This document shows, one piece after another, positions 28,645-38,252 of a stretch of DNA of 53,090 nt. The DNA is taken from positions 1 to 53,090 of the IMG/VR virus record IMGVR_UViG_3300049454_000023; one strand, written 5' to 3'. Position numbers and translations under genes: made by a program. Source of the stretch: a virus (lineage: Duplodnaviria; Caudoviricetes). Numbering within the stretch: the first letter of the stretch is position 1; each line of letters opens with the position of its first letter. The notes under the pieces are model-generated. The model was not told the origin of the DNA and ran no database searches. It worked only from the letters and a program-made list of their open reading frames with translations.

Positions 28645-30501
28645 CTACAGGCCCGCCGGGTGGGAGGCGTTCGGGTGGGAGCGGGCGCCGTCTTCACCGA
28701 CGCTATCGCTTATCCAGCCGGGGCCGCCACCCGGATTGGAGTCGGAGGTGCCCGCCCAGCGCCAGTTGCCATCGGCGTATTTCACTTTGCCCAACACGTG
28801 CTTAGAGTCGCCGTAGATCGTGACCCACTCCCCGACCCCGCCCTGCAGCACGGAGGCGAACGATCCAGAGGTGATCGGCGTGTCGAGGTAGCCCGCTGCG
28901 TGCAGGACCGCAGACCAGAAGCCCGAGCAGTCCACGCGCTCAGTCGGCGAGGCAAATGAGCCGTGGCCGCCACCCCAAAGGTAGGAGGTCTTGGCGGCGT
29001 CGAAGGCGTCAATCGTTTCGATGATCGTCGCCACCTTCGGCGGCACGTCGCCTACGCCGGTGCTGTCAAAGCTGACGCTGCCCGATTTCGAGGATGGTGC
29101 AGGCTCGGGCAGCGCCTCGGTCGGCTTGCGCAGGGTGACGTTGACGACCTCCTTGCGCGAGGAGGGTTTCGATTCGATCTGCTCGACCAAGTAGAGGCCG
29201 TCGGCGGGGCCGAGGCGGGACACGGCGGAGACGGTTCCGGGCGGCCCCGCCCACGTCTTCGCGACTGCTTCGACCGTTACCTCCGTGACCTCCTTGCCTA
29301 CGTCATAGTCAAACGATACGTCGATGATCCCAGGGGCGGAGTCGGATACGCGCATCCGGCGCGAGGAGCGCAGCAGGGTCGGCTCGTCGAGGAAGTAGAT
29401 CCAGGCCGCCGACTCAAAGCAGCGCCAGCGAACCTCGGAGGCGAGCCGGACCATGCAGTGCCAGTTCGACTCTTTTTTCGACTGCTGGAAGGCGTAGCGG
29501 GTGGTGTCGCGGGTGGTGACCTCGCCACCCCCCCCGTAGGCCGCTACCCAGGCGCGGGCTTCCTCCGTGAAACGTTCATAGGGTCCGACTCCGGCGGCGT
29601 TTCGCTGCACGGTGGTCGCGATCTGGGCGGCCGAGTACTCCGGGTGGGCTTTGTAGACGCCGAGGGCGTTGGGCGCGGCGGGTTCGTAACCGCGCAGGAA
29701 GCCCATCGCGGACTGCTCGGGGTTAGTCGGGTCGCCGTCGAACCCCGACACGGACTCGGGTTCGATCTGGAGCAGGTTGTCCGACAACGTGCCGACCACG
29801 GACTCGTCGATCACCGCCAGGATGAGCGCTTCCATGACCTTCGTGCTGGCGCCTGCCGATTCGGCCGTGCGCAGCATCCGGTCGATGATCTCGGCCTGGG
29901 CTTTCGTGGCTGGGCGGGTGTTGATCTTGAGGTTCGGATCGTGGACCCCGATCCCCTTGCCGCGTGATTCCTCGGCCTTCTTCTTCGCATCTTTACCCTG
30001 CGCAGCGGAGTCGATGTCCTGCACGACGTGGAGTTCGGGCGAGATGAAGCGGGGTCGCGGGCGCGCCTGGTAGGCCCTCCCCTGAGCGAACTCTGCTCGC
30101 GTCATCTTATCGCGGAAGGCTTTGTGCGGCCCCTTCAGCCGCTTGAGCAGGTAGACGATCAGCGGCTCATACGTCAGAACTAGCGGCTCGTTCTGGCCCT
30201 CACTCGACACCTTGACGAACTTCCAGTGCAGCCCGTCGAGGGTTAGTTCGTGGGCTTCTTCGAGCAGCTTGGAGCGCAGCAGCTTGCCGTTCGGGTCGAG
30301 GACGGAGAGGGTGAGTTCAGAGGCTCCGGTGATCTTGCGGACCAGCGTCGCCTCAACGACCGTGTCGCCGATCACCCCCAGCAACCCTGCGCCGCGCAGC
30401 TTTATGTCCTCGATCCGCGAGTTGATCCCCTGCACGGAGTGGATGCCGGGGACGAAGCGTTCCTCCTTCACCGGCTGGCGCTGCGCGACTGCGGCCGGCA
30501 T
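28645..30501 (-). CDS. Baseplate hub/tail-associated lysin with C-terminal NlpC/P60 peptidase
   Basis: Hub-like F.Q..ES.W....RLA motif; lysozyme-like insert (IDES, QRNA); YLWGGGH...DCSG...HV. Confidence 0.75.
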   Translation of the reverse strand: MPAAVAQRQPVKEERFVPGIHSVQGINSRIEDIKLRGAGLLGVIGDTVVEATLVRKITGASELTLSVLDPNGKLLRSKLLEEAHELTLDGLHWKFVKVSSEGQNEPLVLTYEPLIVYLLKRLKGPHKAFRDKMTRAEFAQGRAYQARPRPRFISPELHVVQDIDSAAQGKDAKKKAEESRGKGIGVHDPNLKINTRPATKAQAEIIDRMLRTAESAGASTKVMEALILAVIDESVVGTLSDNLLQIEPESVSGFDGDPTNPEQSAMGFLRGYEPAAPNALGVYKAHPEYSAAQIATTVQRNAAGVGPYERFTEEARAWVAAYGGGGEVTTRDTTRYAFQQSKKESNWHCMVRLASEVRWRCFESAAWIYFLDEPTLLRSSRRMRVSDSAPGIIDVSFDYDVGKEVTEVTVEAVAKTWAGPPGTVSAVSRLGPADGLYLVEQIESKPSSRKEVVNVTLRKPTEALPEPAPSSKSGSVSFDSTGVGDVPPKVATIIETIDAFDAAKTSYLWGGGHGSFASPTERVDCSGFWSAVLHAAGYLDTPITSGSFASVLQGGVGEWVTIYGDSKHVLGKVKYADGNWRWAGTSDSNPGGGPGWISDSVGEDGARSHPNASHPAGL

Positions 30502-31190
30502 CAGTTCGCCTCGGTGGTGAAGTTGAGGTTGGCGGCGGTGCCGAGCTTGAGTCGGGTTCCGACCGGGAGTTTCTTGCGCAAGTCCTTCACGTCGTTCAGC
30601 TCGCCGAGGTCTTTCGCGTCGTCTGCGCTATTGAGGAACTTGGCCGCGACTTCGAGCAGGTTCATGGACTGCTTCAGCACAATCGAGGTCACGTCGGCTT
30701 CCTGCTTTTTGGAGGCGACAGGGCCGCGCTTGATGAACTTGATATCGGTCGGGTCGTTGAACTCGATGAGCTTCAAGATCAACGCCTGCCGAAACACGGT
30801 TCCGCCCGGCCCGACAATCGGTTTCGGATCGTCGAGTTCTTCGGGCAGCGCCATCTGGTAGCGCTCGCCTGAGCCGGGACCGGGGTAGGTGGCAATGAAG
30901 TTGGGCGGCGGCTTGCGACCTCGGCCGAAGCAGAGGTTCTGGACCTGATCGATGTGATCGCCGATGTCGCGGCGCTGGCCGGGCGGCCCCCAGCCGTCGA
31001 ACAGCACCGGCACGTCCACGGTCAGCAGGCCGTTCCCGGTGAAGATGGTCGCGGAGTCGGCAGATGGGCGGCGCTGGCCTTCGTATTCTGCTCCGCCCCC
31101 GGTGATGCGCGGGCGACCGTTGCCGAGGTAGCACTTGAAGTCGAAGTTGCGGCCCCTGATTCGGATGTATGCCTTCGGGTTGCGCTGCAT
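30501..31190 (-). CDS. Tail tube initiator/LysM-like protein
   Basis: Follows the tape measure; degenerate LysM (L.EVAAKFL...LN.....L.VGT.LKL). Confidence 0.6.
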   Translation of the reverse strand: MQRNPKAYIRIRGRNFDFKCYLGNGRPRITGGGAEYEGQRRPSADSATIFTGNGLLTVDVPVLFDGWGPPGQRRDIGDHIDQVQNLCFGRGRKPPPNFIATYPGPGSGERYQMALPEELDDPKPIVGPGGTVFRQALILKLIEFNDPTDIKFIKRGPVASKKQEADVTSIVLKQSMNLLEVAAKFLNSADDAKDLGELNDVKDLRKKLPVGTRLKLGTAANLNFTTEAN

Positions 31191-33706
31191 CAGAGCCTCG
31201 CCTTCGCGTCCTCTTCGGCCTCAAGGGTGGCTTCGGCCATGCCTTTCTTGCCAATCTTCAGCGGCACAGTGACGATGTAACGCACTCCGTCGCCCCCTGA
31301 GCCGCTGAACGCCGCCAACCTAGTCGAGGGCTGCGGATCGGGCACGGAGGCTCTTAGGCGCTGCGTGGCGGGCGCTGGTTTGCCTGCGGTGTTGCGGTGG
31401 CGGCCGCCTCCACCCGTTGGGGGGGCGATGGGCGAGGGAGTTCCGGGCAGCGTCGGCATATTGACTTCCTGTTCGCCGAGACGGCGAAAGGTCTCCGCGA
31501 GCGCTTCGGCCTTCTGGTTCAGCGCCTTCATCTGCCCGCCAGCCCGGAGCGATTCCTGATTGGCTTTCTGGAGGAACTTCGCGTAGCGCTCCCCGCCTTT
31601 GGAGGCGGCATCGGAGAGGGTCTGAGCGTGGCGCTTCGTCGCCTCGCTGAGCTTGCCTTCGGTGCCGAGCAGCTTGTTGGCCATTTCGACGGTCCGCTTC
31701 GACTGCGGTCCCATCTTGTTCGCAGCCTGGAAGAGGCGCGACTGGCGATCCCGAAGTTGCGTGAGCTTGTTGATCCGGTCGCGCTCCGCCAGCACCGTCA
31801 GGTTCGTCGTCACTTTGTACGCCTGGAGAGCCGCGCCCTGGAGTTTCTGCGCGTGCCGCAGGCGCTTAAGGGCGCGGCTATGACCATCGATCTTGTTGGT
31901 AAGGGTCGCTTCGGCGTGAATAGCCGGGCGGGATTTCGCGCCATATTCGTAGACGACGGCGTTGAGGTGGCGGCGAGCCTGTTCCACTGCGCGGGTCGCG
32001 GCGGTCGAACGGCGCGATGCATCCCGGACCCGAGCATCGGCAGCGAGCAGTCCGCGCGAGGCTACGCGCTGGCGCTCTGACCATTCCTTGACCGACTTGG
32101 AGGACTGAGCGAGGCGCATCTGCTGCAAGGTCAGTTGCTTCTCGCCGGAGATGAGTTTCTGAACCTCGGGGATCGCGAGCATCACCGCTCCCGCAGTCGC
32201 CCCTACCGCAGCCCCCATCGGCCCGCCTACAGCGAACCCTAGGCCCGCGCCGCCGCCGATGTTGGAGAGCAGTTCGCCGCCCTTGCCACCCAGCGCGCTA
32301 CCGCCAGCCATCGCGCCGAGTCCAGCTATCCCGCCGCCAAGCCTCGCTTTGCCCATCCAGCTTCCCATCTTTCCCGCGCCACCGAAGGTTTCGGCCATGC
32401 GCAACTCGCGGAGCGCGAGGGCAGCTTTCGCCATCGACCCCGCGAACCAGAGGACCGGACCAGCCAGCGCCACCATCACGCCCACGACTGCAATCGTGCT
32501 CTGAACACCGGGGGGGAGAGCCGCGAAGGAATCTGCGAGTCCGCCGATTGCGGTAGCGCTCGCTTCGACCGCAGGCGCAAGGGCGTGCCCGAGATGCACG
32601 GCTGCAGTTTCCAGCGACCCCTTCAGGTTCTCCAGCGACCCGGCGAGGCCCTGCATCTGAGCCTGCGCCATCTTCTCGGCCGCGCCCGATTTTTCGGTGG
32701 CGACGATGTATTTGCTGAGGCCCGTAGCCCCTTCCTTGAAGACGATGTTGGCGGCACGGCGGGCGTCAGAGCCGAACAGGACGTTGAAGGCCGCGCCGCG
32801 CTCCTTGTCGCTCATATCGCCCAACTCGTGCTGTAGCTCGGCTGCGACCCCGCGCATGTTCAGCATCGTGCCCGTGGAGTCGAAGAAGCTGAGGCCGAGG
32901 TCGGCCATCAGTTCTTTCGCTTTTTTGGTCGCGGGGTTAAGTCGCGCGATGAAGGTTTTGAACGAGGTGCCGGCGTCGGAGGCCTGGATGCCGTTCTGAG
33001 CGAAGGCCGCGAGGGTGCCGACGGTTTCTTCGAGAGAGATGCCCATTTCGGCCGCACTCTGCCCGCCCTGAGAGAGCGAGAGCGACAGGCCGCCTACCGA
33101 AGCCGAAGACGCGAGCGCGCCGCCCGCAAGAGCGTCAGAGATACGCCCGGCTTGGTTGGCGCGCAGCCCAAAGGTGTTCATGGCAGCGCCGACGATTTCG
33201 GCCGTTTTCCCTAGCTGCAAGCCTTCGGTCGCCGCCAGGTTCATGGTCGCGCCGAGCGCCCCGGCTTTCGTCTGGGCGGGCGAGATGCCGGATTTCGTCA
33301 ACTCCAGCATCGCTTCGGCGGCCTCGTTCGCGCTGAAGATCGTTTCGCTGCCCCATTTCAGCGCCAGCGTTTCCATCTCTTTCATGCCGCGACCGCCGAG
33401 GCCGGTGGCGGTTTTTACCTGCGCCATCGAACGGTCGAAGCTCGCGGCCGTTTTAACCGCCATCGCGCCAGCCAGCACTAGCGGCGCGGTCAACCCGAAG
33501 GTCATGGTCCGGCCCGCCGACTGCATCATCGCGGCCTGTCGTTTGAAGGCCGAGGAGGTGGCCTTGCTCGACTGTGCCGCCATCGCCGCCGACTGCTTGG
33601 AGACGGCGCCAGTTTTCGCGACCTCTCGGTTGAGGGTTTTTACCTCTGCGGCACCGGATTTACCACCAGTGACTTTGATGCGGAGCGCGATCAGGTCAGC
33701 GTCCAC
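31190..33706 (-). CDS. Tape measure protein
   Basis: TP901-type core (FD..MA.V, T.FSA.EAAEAM..L, GIQASDAGTS). Confidence 0.9.
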   Translation of the reverse strand: MDADLIALRIKVTGGKSGAAEVKTLNREVAKTGAVSKQSAAMAAQSSKATSSAFKRQAAMMQSAGRTMTFGLTAPLVLAGAMAVKTAASFDRSMAQVKTATGLGGRGMKEMETLALKWGSETIFSANEAAEAMLELTKSGISPAQTKAGALGATMNLAATEGLQLGKTAEIVGAAMNTFGLRANQAGRISDALAGGALASSASVGGLSLSLSQGGQSAAEMGISLEETVGTLAAFAQNGIQASDAGTSFKTFIARLNPATKKAKELMADLGLSFFDSTGTMLNMRGVAAELQHELGDMSDKERGAAFNVLFGSDARRAANIVFKEGATGLSKYIVATEKSGAAEKMAQAQMQGLAGSLENLKGSLETAAVHLGHALAPAVEASATAIGGLADSFAALPPGVQSTIAVVGVMVALAGPVLWFAGSMAKAALALRELRMAETFGGAGKMGSWMGKARLGGGIAGLGAMAGGSALGGKGGELLSNIGGGAGLGFAVGGPMGAAVGATAGAVMLAIPEVQKLISGEKQLTLQQMRLAQSSKSVKEWSERQRVASRGLLAADARVRDASRRSTAATRAVEQARRHLNAVVYEYGAKSRPAIHAEATLTNKIDGHSRALKRLRHAQKLQGAALQAYKVTTNLTVLAERDRINKLTQLRDRQSRLFQAANKMGPQSKRTVEMANKLLGTEGKLSEATKRHAQTLSDAASKGGERYAKFLQKANQESLRAGGQMKALNQKAEALAETFRRLGEQEVNMPTLPGTPSPIAPPTGGGGRHRNTAGKPAPATQRLRASVPDPQPSTRLAAFSGSGGDGVRYIVTVPLKIGKKGMAEATLEAEEDAKARL

Positions 33707-33712
33707 GGTGGC

Positions 33713-33940
33713 CTACTTCCCGTCGAGCATCTTGCGGACGGCTTCGGCGATCCTGTGGGCCTGGTCTTTGCGCTCGCGCTCGCGTTGCTCTGCGGCCTCG
33801 CGACTCGCGCGCTCCAGAATCGCCAAGTCGTCGGGGCCGCGCGCCGCTAGGTACCGCTCGCCCAACCCGGCAAGGCAACAGAGGCCGAAGACGAAGAACG
33901 CATCCTCGACCCCCGTGTCCTCGAACGGGTCTAGGTAGGG
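33713..33940 (-). CDS. Tail assembly chaperone C-terminal extension (-1 frame; probably made by frameshift)
   Basis: Open frame PYLDPFEDTGVEDAFFVFGLCCLAG...MLDGK* between the chaperone and the tape measure; no ATG/GTG start near its 5' end. Confidence 0.65.
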   Translation of the reverse strand, partial: PYLDPFEDTGVEDAFFVFGLCCLAGLGERYLAARGPDDLAILERASREAAEQRERERKDQAHRIAEAVRKMLDGK

Positions 33941-34623
33941 CGATCACCGCCCTCATCCTCTTCTTCGTCGTCGCTGATATCGAAGGCGTCCAGCGACCAA
34001 CCGTTCAGGGTCATGTAGTGGGCGTCGAAGATGCCGGAGTCCCCGAAGACCAGGCGGCAGATATCGGCTTCTGACTCTCCGCCGATCAACTCCATGCCGA
34101 GAATGTCGGCAAGGCGCGCATCGAAGCGGACCGGCTCTCCGCCCCGGTACTTCTCGACCAGCGTGTGAAGCTGAACGTAGTCGGCACCAGGCGCGGGGCG
34201 GAACAGCATCGACACGCAGGCGGCCGCCATACAGGCAGCGTTGATCCGCAGATCGGCCTCATAGCCCGACTCGCCCTGGCGGTTGGCACGGCGGATCAGC
34301 TTGCGCCGAAGCTCCCAGTTGATCGGCTTGAACTCGGCGGCGAGGCCGTCATAGCGAGCGGGGGCGATTTCGATTGTCTTGCGACGCTCGCCCTGTCCGG
34401 CCGCGTATCCGGCCCGTAGGCGCCCTAGGACGTTCTCTGGGCCGTCGCTACCTGCCGGGGACTCCGAGTTCGTCTCCGCGCCGTTGGCGGCGTCTGCTGG
34501 CTCTTTGAAGTCTTCTTCCCACCCGTCCGCGATGGCTTCTTCTTTGCTGACCTCGACGCCGTCTTTGTAGAAGCGTCCGTCGATGCACTCCAGGGTCGGC
34601 AGACCCTCCTGCTTGTCACTCAT
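33931..34623 (-). CDS. Tail assembly chaperone
   Basis: Lies between tube and tape measure; acidic tail ending in RPT*. Confidence 0.7.
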   Translation of the reverse strand: MSDKQEGLPTLECIDGRFYKDGVEVSKEEAIADGWEEDFKEPADAANGAETNSESPAGSDGPENVLGRLRAGYAAGQGERRKTIEIAPARYDGLAAEFKPINWELRRKLIRRANRQGESGYEADLRINAACMAAACVSMLFRPAPGADYVQLHTLVEKYRGGEPVRFDARLADILGMELIGGESEADICRLVFGDSGIFDAHYMTLNGWSLDAFDISDDEEEDEGGDRPT

Positions 34624-34659
34624 CGGCTAGTCCTTTCGTCGGCGTTGGCGGCCGACAGG

Positions 34660-35067
34660 CTAGGCGATCGGCTCGTCGGCCGAGACTTCGAGGGTGAATT
34701 CCGCGCGGTCAGATGCGTTGGAATCGTGATCCGGCGGGGTGACTTTGATCAGCGTCCCGGTGTAGGTGATCGGGTCGCCAACAGCGGAGCGATCTTTGGC
34801 GAGTTTCTGGCGCACCGCGACTACGCGGGCGGCGCCGGTTTTCGCGTCGAGGATCTTGAAGATCGGGTGGTCGCGCTCCAGTTTGTAGAGGCGCCCGACC
34901 GTGAAGGCGTCGCGGCTGACCGTCCCGCCGAGGGATTCCTCTGGACCCATCCCGCCGGGACGGTTCTTCGTGTCGTCGGCCGCAGAGCCGCCGCCCGAGA
35001 AGGTCTGGAATACGCCGAGGTCGAGGTCGTCGGCGCGGACGGTTACGCGTTCCTGGTCGGTGCGCAT
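34660..35067 (-). CDS. Tail tube protein
   Basis: 135 aa directly after the sheath; F..FSGG...RPGG...TV.R pattern. Confidence 0.75.
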   Translation of the reverse strand: MRTDQERVTVRADDLDLGVFQTFSGGGSAADDTKNRPGGMGPEESLGGTVSRDAFTVGRLYKLERDHPIFKILDAKTGAARVVAVRQKLAKDRSAVGDPITYTGTLIKVTPPDHDSNASDRAEFTLEVSADEPIA

Positions 35068-36503
35068 TAGAGCGATTCTCCAGTCGGGACTTTGACTACC
35101 TCGACTTCGAGGAACGAAGCCGTAGGCGAGACACGGATGCCGATCTGCGCTTTGATTTCTTCGGCCGCAATCGAGGTCGGCGTATTCACGTCGGGGCCGG
35201 TGTTGACGAAGAACGCCTCAGCGGGCGTGGTGCCGTAGAGGGCATTGTCGAGGTAGAAGGGCATACAGGCCGCGCCCGAGAGGTCGCCCTGGAGCTTTTT
35301 GAACACGTAGCCGTGGCCGTCGATCTGCTCGAAATCGTAGGACTCCAGCACCTCAGAGGCCAGCGCCGCGACGCCCATGACAAGGCGCGAGGCAGAGAAC
35401 GAAACCCAATTCGGTTCCGTGGTCTGGTTGACGAGCGTGACGTTTCCGTAGGTGGTGACGACGCCGCGAACCAGGATCGAGGCGATCACACCGGCGGCGT
35501 CGAGTTCGCCGCGCTCGACCTCCGTGAACAGCGTGACTAGGCCGGTCGCGTACTTCGACTTGCCACGCGGGCCAGCGGCGGCCTTGTTCGGGTTATTGCC
35601 TTCGGCTTCGCTGCGGGCGATCTGGCCCATTTCGATGCCCGACTTGGGCACTTTGCGAGTGGTCCCCAGCGAAACCCCGGGCACGTAGGCCCAGCTCCCG
35701 AGGATGCAGCCGTAGCGGGCGTTGGGGCCGCGCAGGGCGGTCGAGTGGGAGACCAGTTCCGAAGCAGTGGTTTCGACTGGGTCGTCGAGCAGGGCGCGGC
35801 GGTTCGTGGTCGAGGCGTGAACCAGAAGCGCTTTGTGAATCGCTTCGGTGGTGAAACCGGGAGCGGCGACCTGGCCGGGACCGAGGTCGTTCGTGAGAAT
35901 GTCGAGGGCGTCTTCGATCTGCGCGGTGCTAACGCCCGCAACGTCGTCTTTGCCGCCCGCGAGTTCCAGCGTCTGGGTTTTTGCGTCGGCGGCTTCGGCT
36001 TCGCCAATCGTGACCGAGATGTATTCGGAGGCTTTGGCCCACTCGACCACTTCGGCGTTCGTGCCGAGGGCGGGCGAGGATTCGATGGTCGTGCCGTTCA
36101 GTTTCACGACGAGGGTGACGCTGCCCGCCGAAAGCGTGATCGCCACGTCGAGGCCGTTACCCCAGGCGCCAGGTGAGCGCGCGTCGACCGTGAAGGACGT
36201 TTTGCCACCCGCGTCAACGGCCACTTTGGTCGCCGTCTCAGATTCAGCGCCGACCGCGCGAGCGATGTAGACGACCGATGCGCCCTCGCGGAAGGCACAA
36301 TCGAGGGCGTCATACAGGTAAGGGTTCGCGGCGAGCCGTTCGCCGATTGAGTCGATTGCGTCGGCGAGGCTGATCGCCTTGATCGGCACGTCGGTCGGGC
36401 CTTTTTCGCAGACCCCGACGAGGAAGCCGTTGGAGGTCGAGGCCGCCGCCAGCGGGGAGGCGGCGCGGTCGCCGACGGTGACTACATGGCCTGGGGCTGG
36501 CAT
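35067..36503 (-). CDS. Contractile tail sheath protein
   Basis: G..EKGP...P, PGAWGN, LAGG.D, APG, RALLD.P and FE.ID motifs. Confidence 0.9.
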   Translation of the reverse strand: MPAPGHVVTVGDRAASPLAAASTSNGFLVGVCEKGPTDVPIKAISLADAIDSIGERLAANPYLYDALDCAFREGASVVYIARAVGAESETATKVAVDAGGKTSFTVDARSPGAWGNGLDVAITLSAGSVTLVVKLNGTTIESSPALGTNAEVVEWAKASEYISVTIGEAEAADAKTQTLELAGGKDDVAGVSTAQIEDALDILTNDLGPGQVAAPGFTTEAIHKALLVHASTTNRRALLDDPVETTASELVSHSTALRGPNARYGCILGSWAYVPGVSLGTTRKVPKSGIEMGQIARSEAEGNNPNKAAAGPRGKSKYATGLVTLFTEVERGELDAAGVIASILVRGVVTTYGNVTLVNQTTEPNWVSFSASRLVMGVAALASEVLESYDFEQIDGHGYVFKKLQGDLSGAACMPFYLDNALYGTTPAEAFFVNTGPDVNTPTSIAAEEIKAQIGIRVSPTASFLEVEVVKVPTGESL

Positions 36504-36559
36504 ACGCGCCAATTGTTAGCGGAACTCGCCGCCCCCCCTTCGAGGCTAGAATGCTAGGC

Positions 36560-36970
36560 GTGGACCAACGGGTAGAAGTCGCGCGCACCATGCGTATCAC
36601 GCACGGCTGGGGATACAAGCGCCTCGCCACTCATTTCGGCATCAGTCGCGACGTGATCCGATACTGGCTGAACGGGCCGCGCGGGAAAGTCGGGCGCGGA
36701 GATCCCATTCCGTCGATGTACCCCGACGAATGTGTGACCTGCGGGATGCCCTGCAAGGGCGAGACCTGCATGTGCTGCAAGTCGGTTCGCTGCTTCAACC
36801 GCTATTCGGGAATCGAGACGCTATTCGGCCGAGGAATGACCTATGAGGAAATTGCCGACGCTCTCGGTTCGAACAAGAACAGAATTGGGGCCGATATCGA
36901 GAGGATGCGCGCAATAGGTGGCTGGCGAGTGCCTATCCGCCAGCATCAGCGCCACGGTTGCTCCGCTTAG
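36560..36970 (+). CDS. Double-HTH/zinc-finger DNA-binding protein (candidate late regulator)
   Basis: GYKRLATHFGISRDVIRYWL, CVTC...CMCC, GMTYEEIADALG; leaderless TAGAAT-N7-GTG. Confidence 0.7.
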   Translation: MDQRVEVARTMRITHGWGYKRLATHFGISRDVIRYWLNGPRGKVGRGDPIPSMYPDECVTCGMPCKGETCMCCKSVRCFNRYSGIETLFGRGMTYEEIADALGSNKNRIGADIERMRAIGGWRVPIRQHQRHGCSA

Positions 36971-37662
36971 GGTTTCGCCTCGAAGAACCCCGCCTCCGTC
37001 AGCGCATCGACGGTCGCGCTCCCGCCCCCGGCTTTCACGGTCGGCCAGTCTTCAACTTCGGTCTCAGGATCTTCGGGGGCGGTGATCGGGCCGCCAGACA
37101 CGTCCATGATCTGCGGAATGCCGATGAAGTACTCGACCGTGCAGATCATCAGGTTCCGTTCCCCTTCCACGCCCCTACGCACCTGGCCGTTGCTCTCGCG
37201 CCCCAGTTTCACGTGGTCGGCGAAGAAGTCCCCGGTTCCAGCGTCTAGCTGCGGCGCCTGCATGATCGCCAGTCGCGCCGCCGAGGCGTACAGCCGCGCG
37301 AGTTCCTTCGCGTCCTCAATCGTGACCGAAGAGGCGATAGTCGAGAGCGCGACGCCGTAGGTGGCCGAGACGCGCCCGCCCTCTTCGACCACCGGGTCGC
37401 CCTCCATGCCGGGGCTATGCGCTATCGCCATCGGCATCTGATCCTCCGGGAAACGGTGCGCCACGGCGTCGGCGTGCGATACCCCGTAGTGGCGGATCGG
37501 CTCGATGAAGTTGCCGTCTTCGCGTTCGGGCCATTTGACCGCGTCGGGATCCTTCTGTTTTCGCACGTAGGCGGTGGTCGCAGGAAGCCAGTGTTCGAGG
37601 TGGGCGATTACCGCTCGCTCTACGTCGGCTCCGTCGAGAATATCGCCCCAGACTGGAGTCAT
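36967..37662 (-). CDS. Tail terminator/completion protein (putative)
   Basis: Synteny between neck genes and sheath. Confidence 0.55.
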   Translation of the reverse strand: MTPVWGDILDGADVERAVIAHLEHWLPATTAYVRKQKDPDAVKWPEREDGNFIEPIRHYGVSHADAVAHRFPEDQMPMAIAHSPGMEGDPVVEEGGRVSATYGVALSTIASSVTIEDAKELARLYASAARLAIMQAPQLDAGTGDFFADHVKLGRESNGQVRRGVEGERNLMICTVEYFIGIPQIMDVSGGPITAPEDPETEVEDWPTVKAGGGSATVDALTEAGFFEAKP

Positions 37663-38243
37663 ACGTGCGCCCAGATTTGGCGAGATAGAACTTGCGAAAT
37701 CAGGGACCGGCTGACTCCAAAGGCGGCAGCAAGATCATCGAGACTCCAACCAGCCGGGTGCCACTCGCGGATCACGCGAACATCGGCGCTGGTCAGTTTG
37801 GAATTGTGGTGATCCTCCCCGGCTCTTATGCGGCCCTTCGTGGCGGCGTCCGCCATATTGTCGGCCTGGGTTCCTACGAACAAGTGGGCGGGGTTTACGC
37901 AGGCGCGGTTGTCGCAGTGGTGGCAGACGACAAGATCATCCGGGATCGGTCCGTTGGCGAGTTCGTAGGAGAATCGGTGGGCACGATGCAGGCGACGGGA
38001 ACCCGCGTCTCCAACCAGAAGCGCTCCATAGCCCCTCTGCTTAGCGCCCATCCACTCCCAGCACTCGTCCGGGCCACGCTTGTCGACCTTCGGCCAGAAG
38101 CGCTCGACCGGATCGCGCTTCAAACGGAAGTTGTGGTGGCCGCGAATGAAGCGAACCGGCTGACCCTTGACATGGCCGCACTTTGCCTTCGTCATTTTCG
38201 CTATCGGAGCCGCCCCGCCGCAACCGCACTCGCAAAGCTTCAT
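37659..38243 (-). CDS. HNH homing endonuclease (free-standing)
   Basis: CECGCG N-terminus; RFW.KVD, AHRFSYE and CHHCDNRACVNPAHL. Confidence 0.9.
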   Translation of the reverse strand: MKLCECGCGGAAPIAKMTKAKCGHVKGQPVRFIRGHHNFRLKRDPVERFWPKVDKRGPDECWEWMGAKQRGYGALLVGDAGSRRLHRAHRFSYELANGPIPDDLVVCHHCDNRACVNPAHLFVGTQADNMADAATKGRIRAGEDHHNSKLTSADVRVIREWHPAGWSLDDLAAAFGVSRSLISQVLSRQIWAHV

Positions 38244-38252
38244 GCCTTCACT

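Noticed and set aside
28963-33938. Long plus-strand ORFs opposite the hub and tape measure (and similar shadow ORFs genome-wide)
   Set aside because: Expected from stop-codon scarcity at high GC; they are antisense to well-supported genes.
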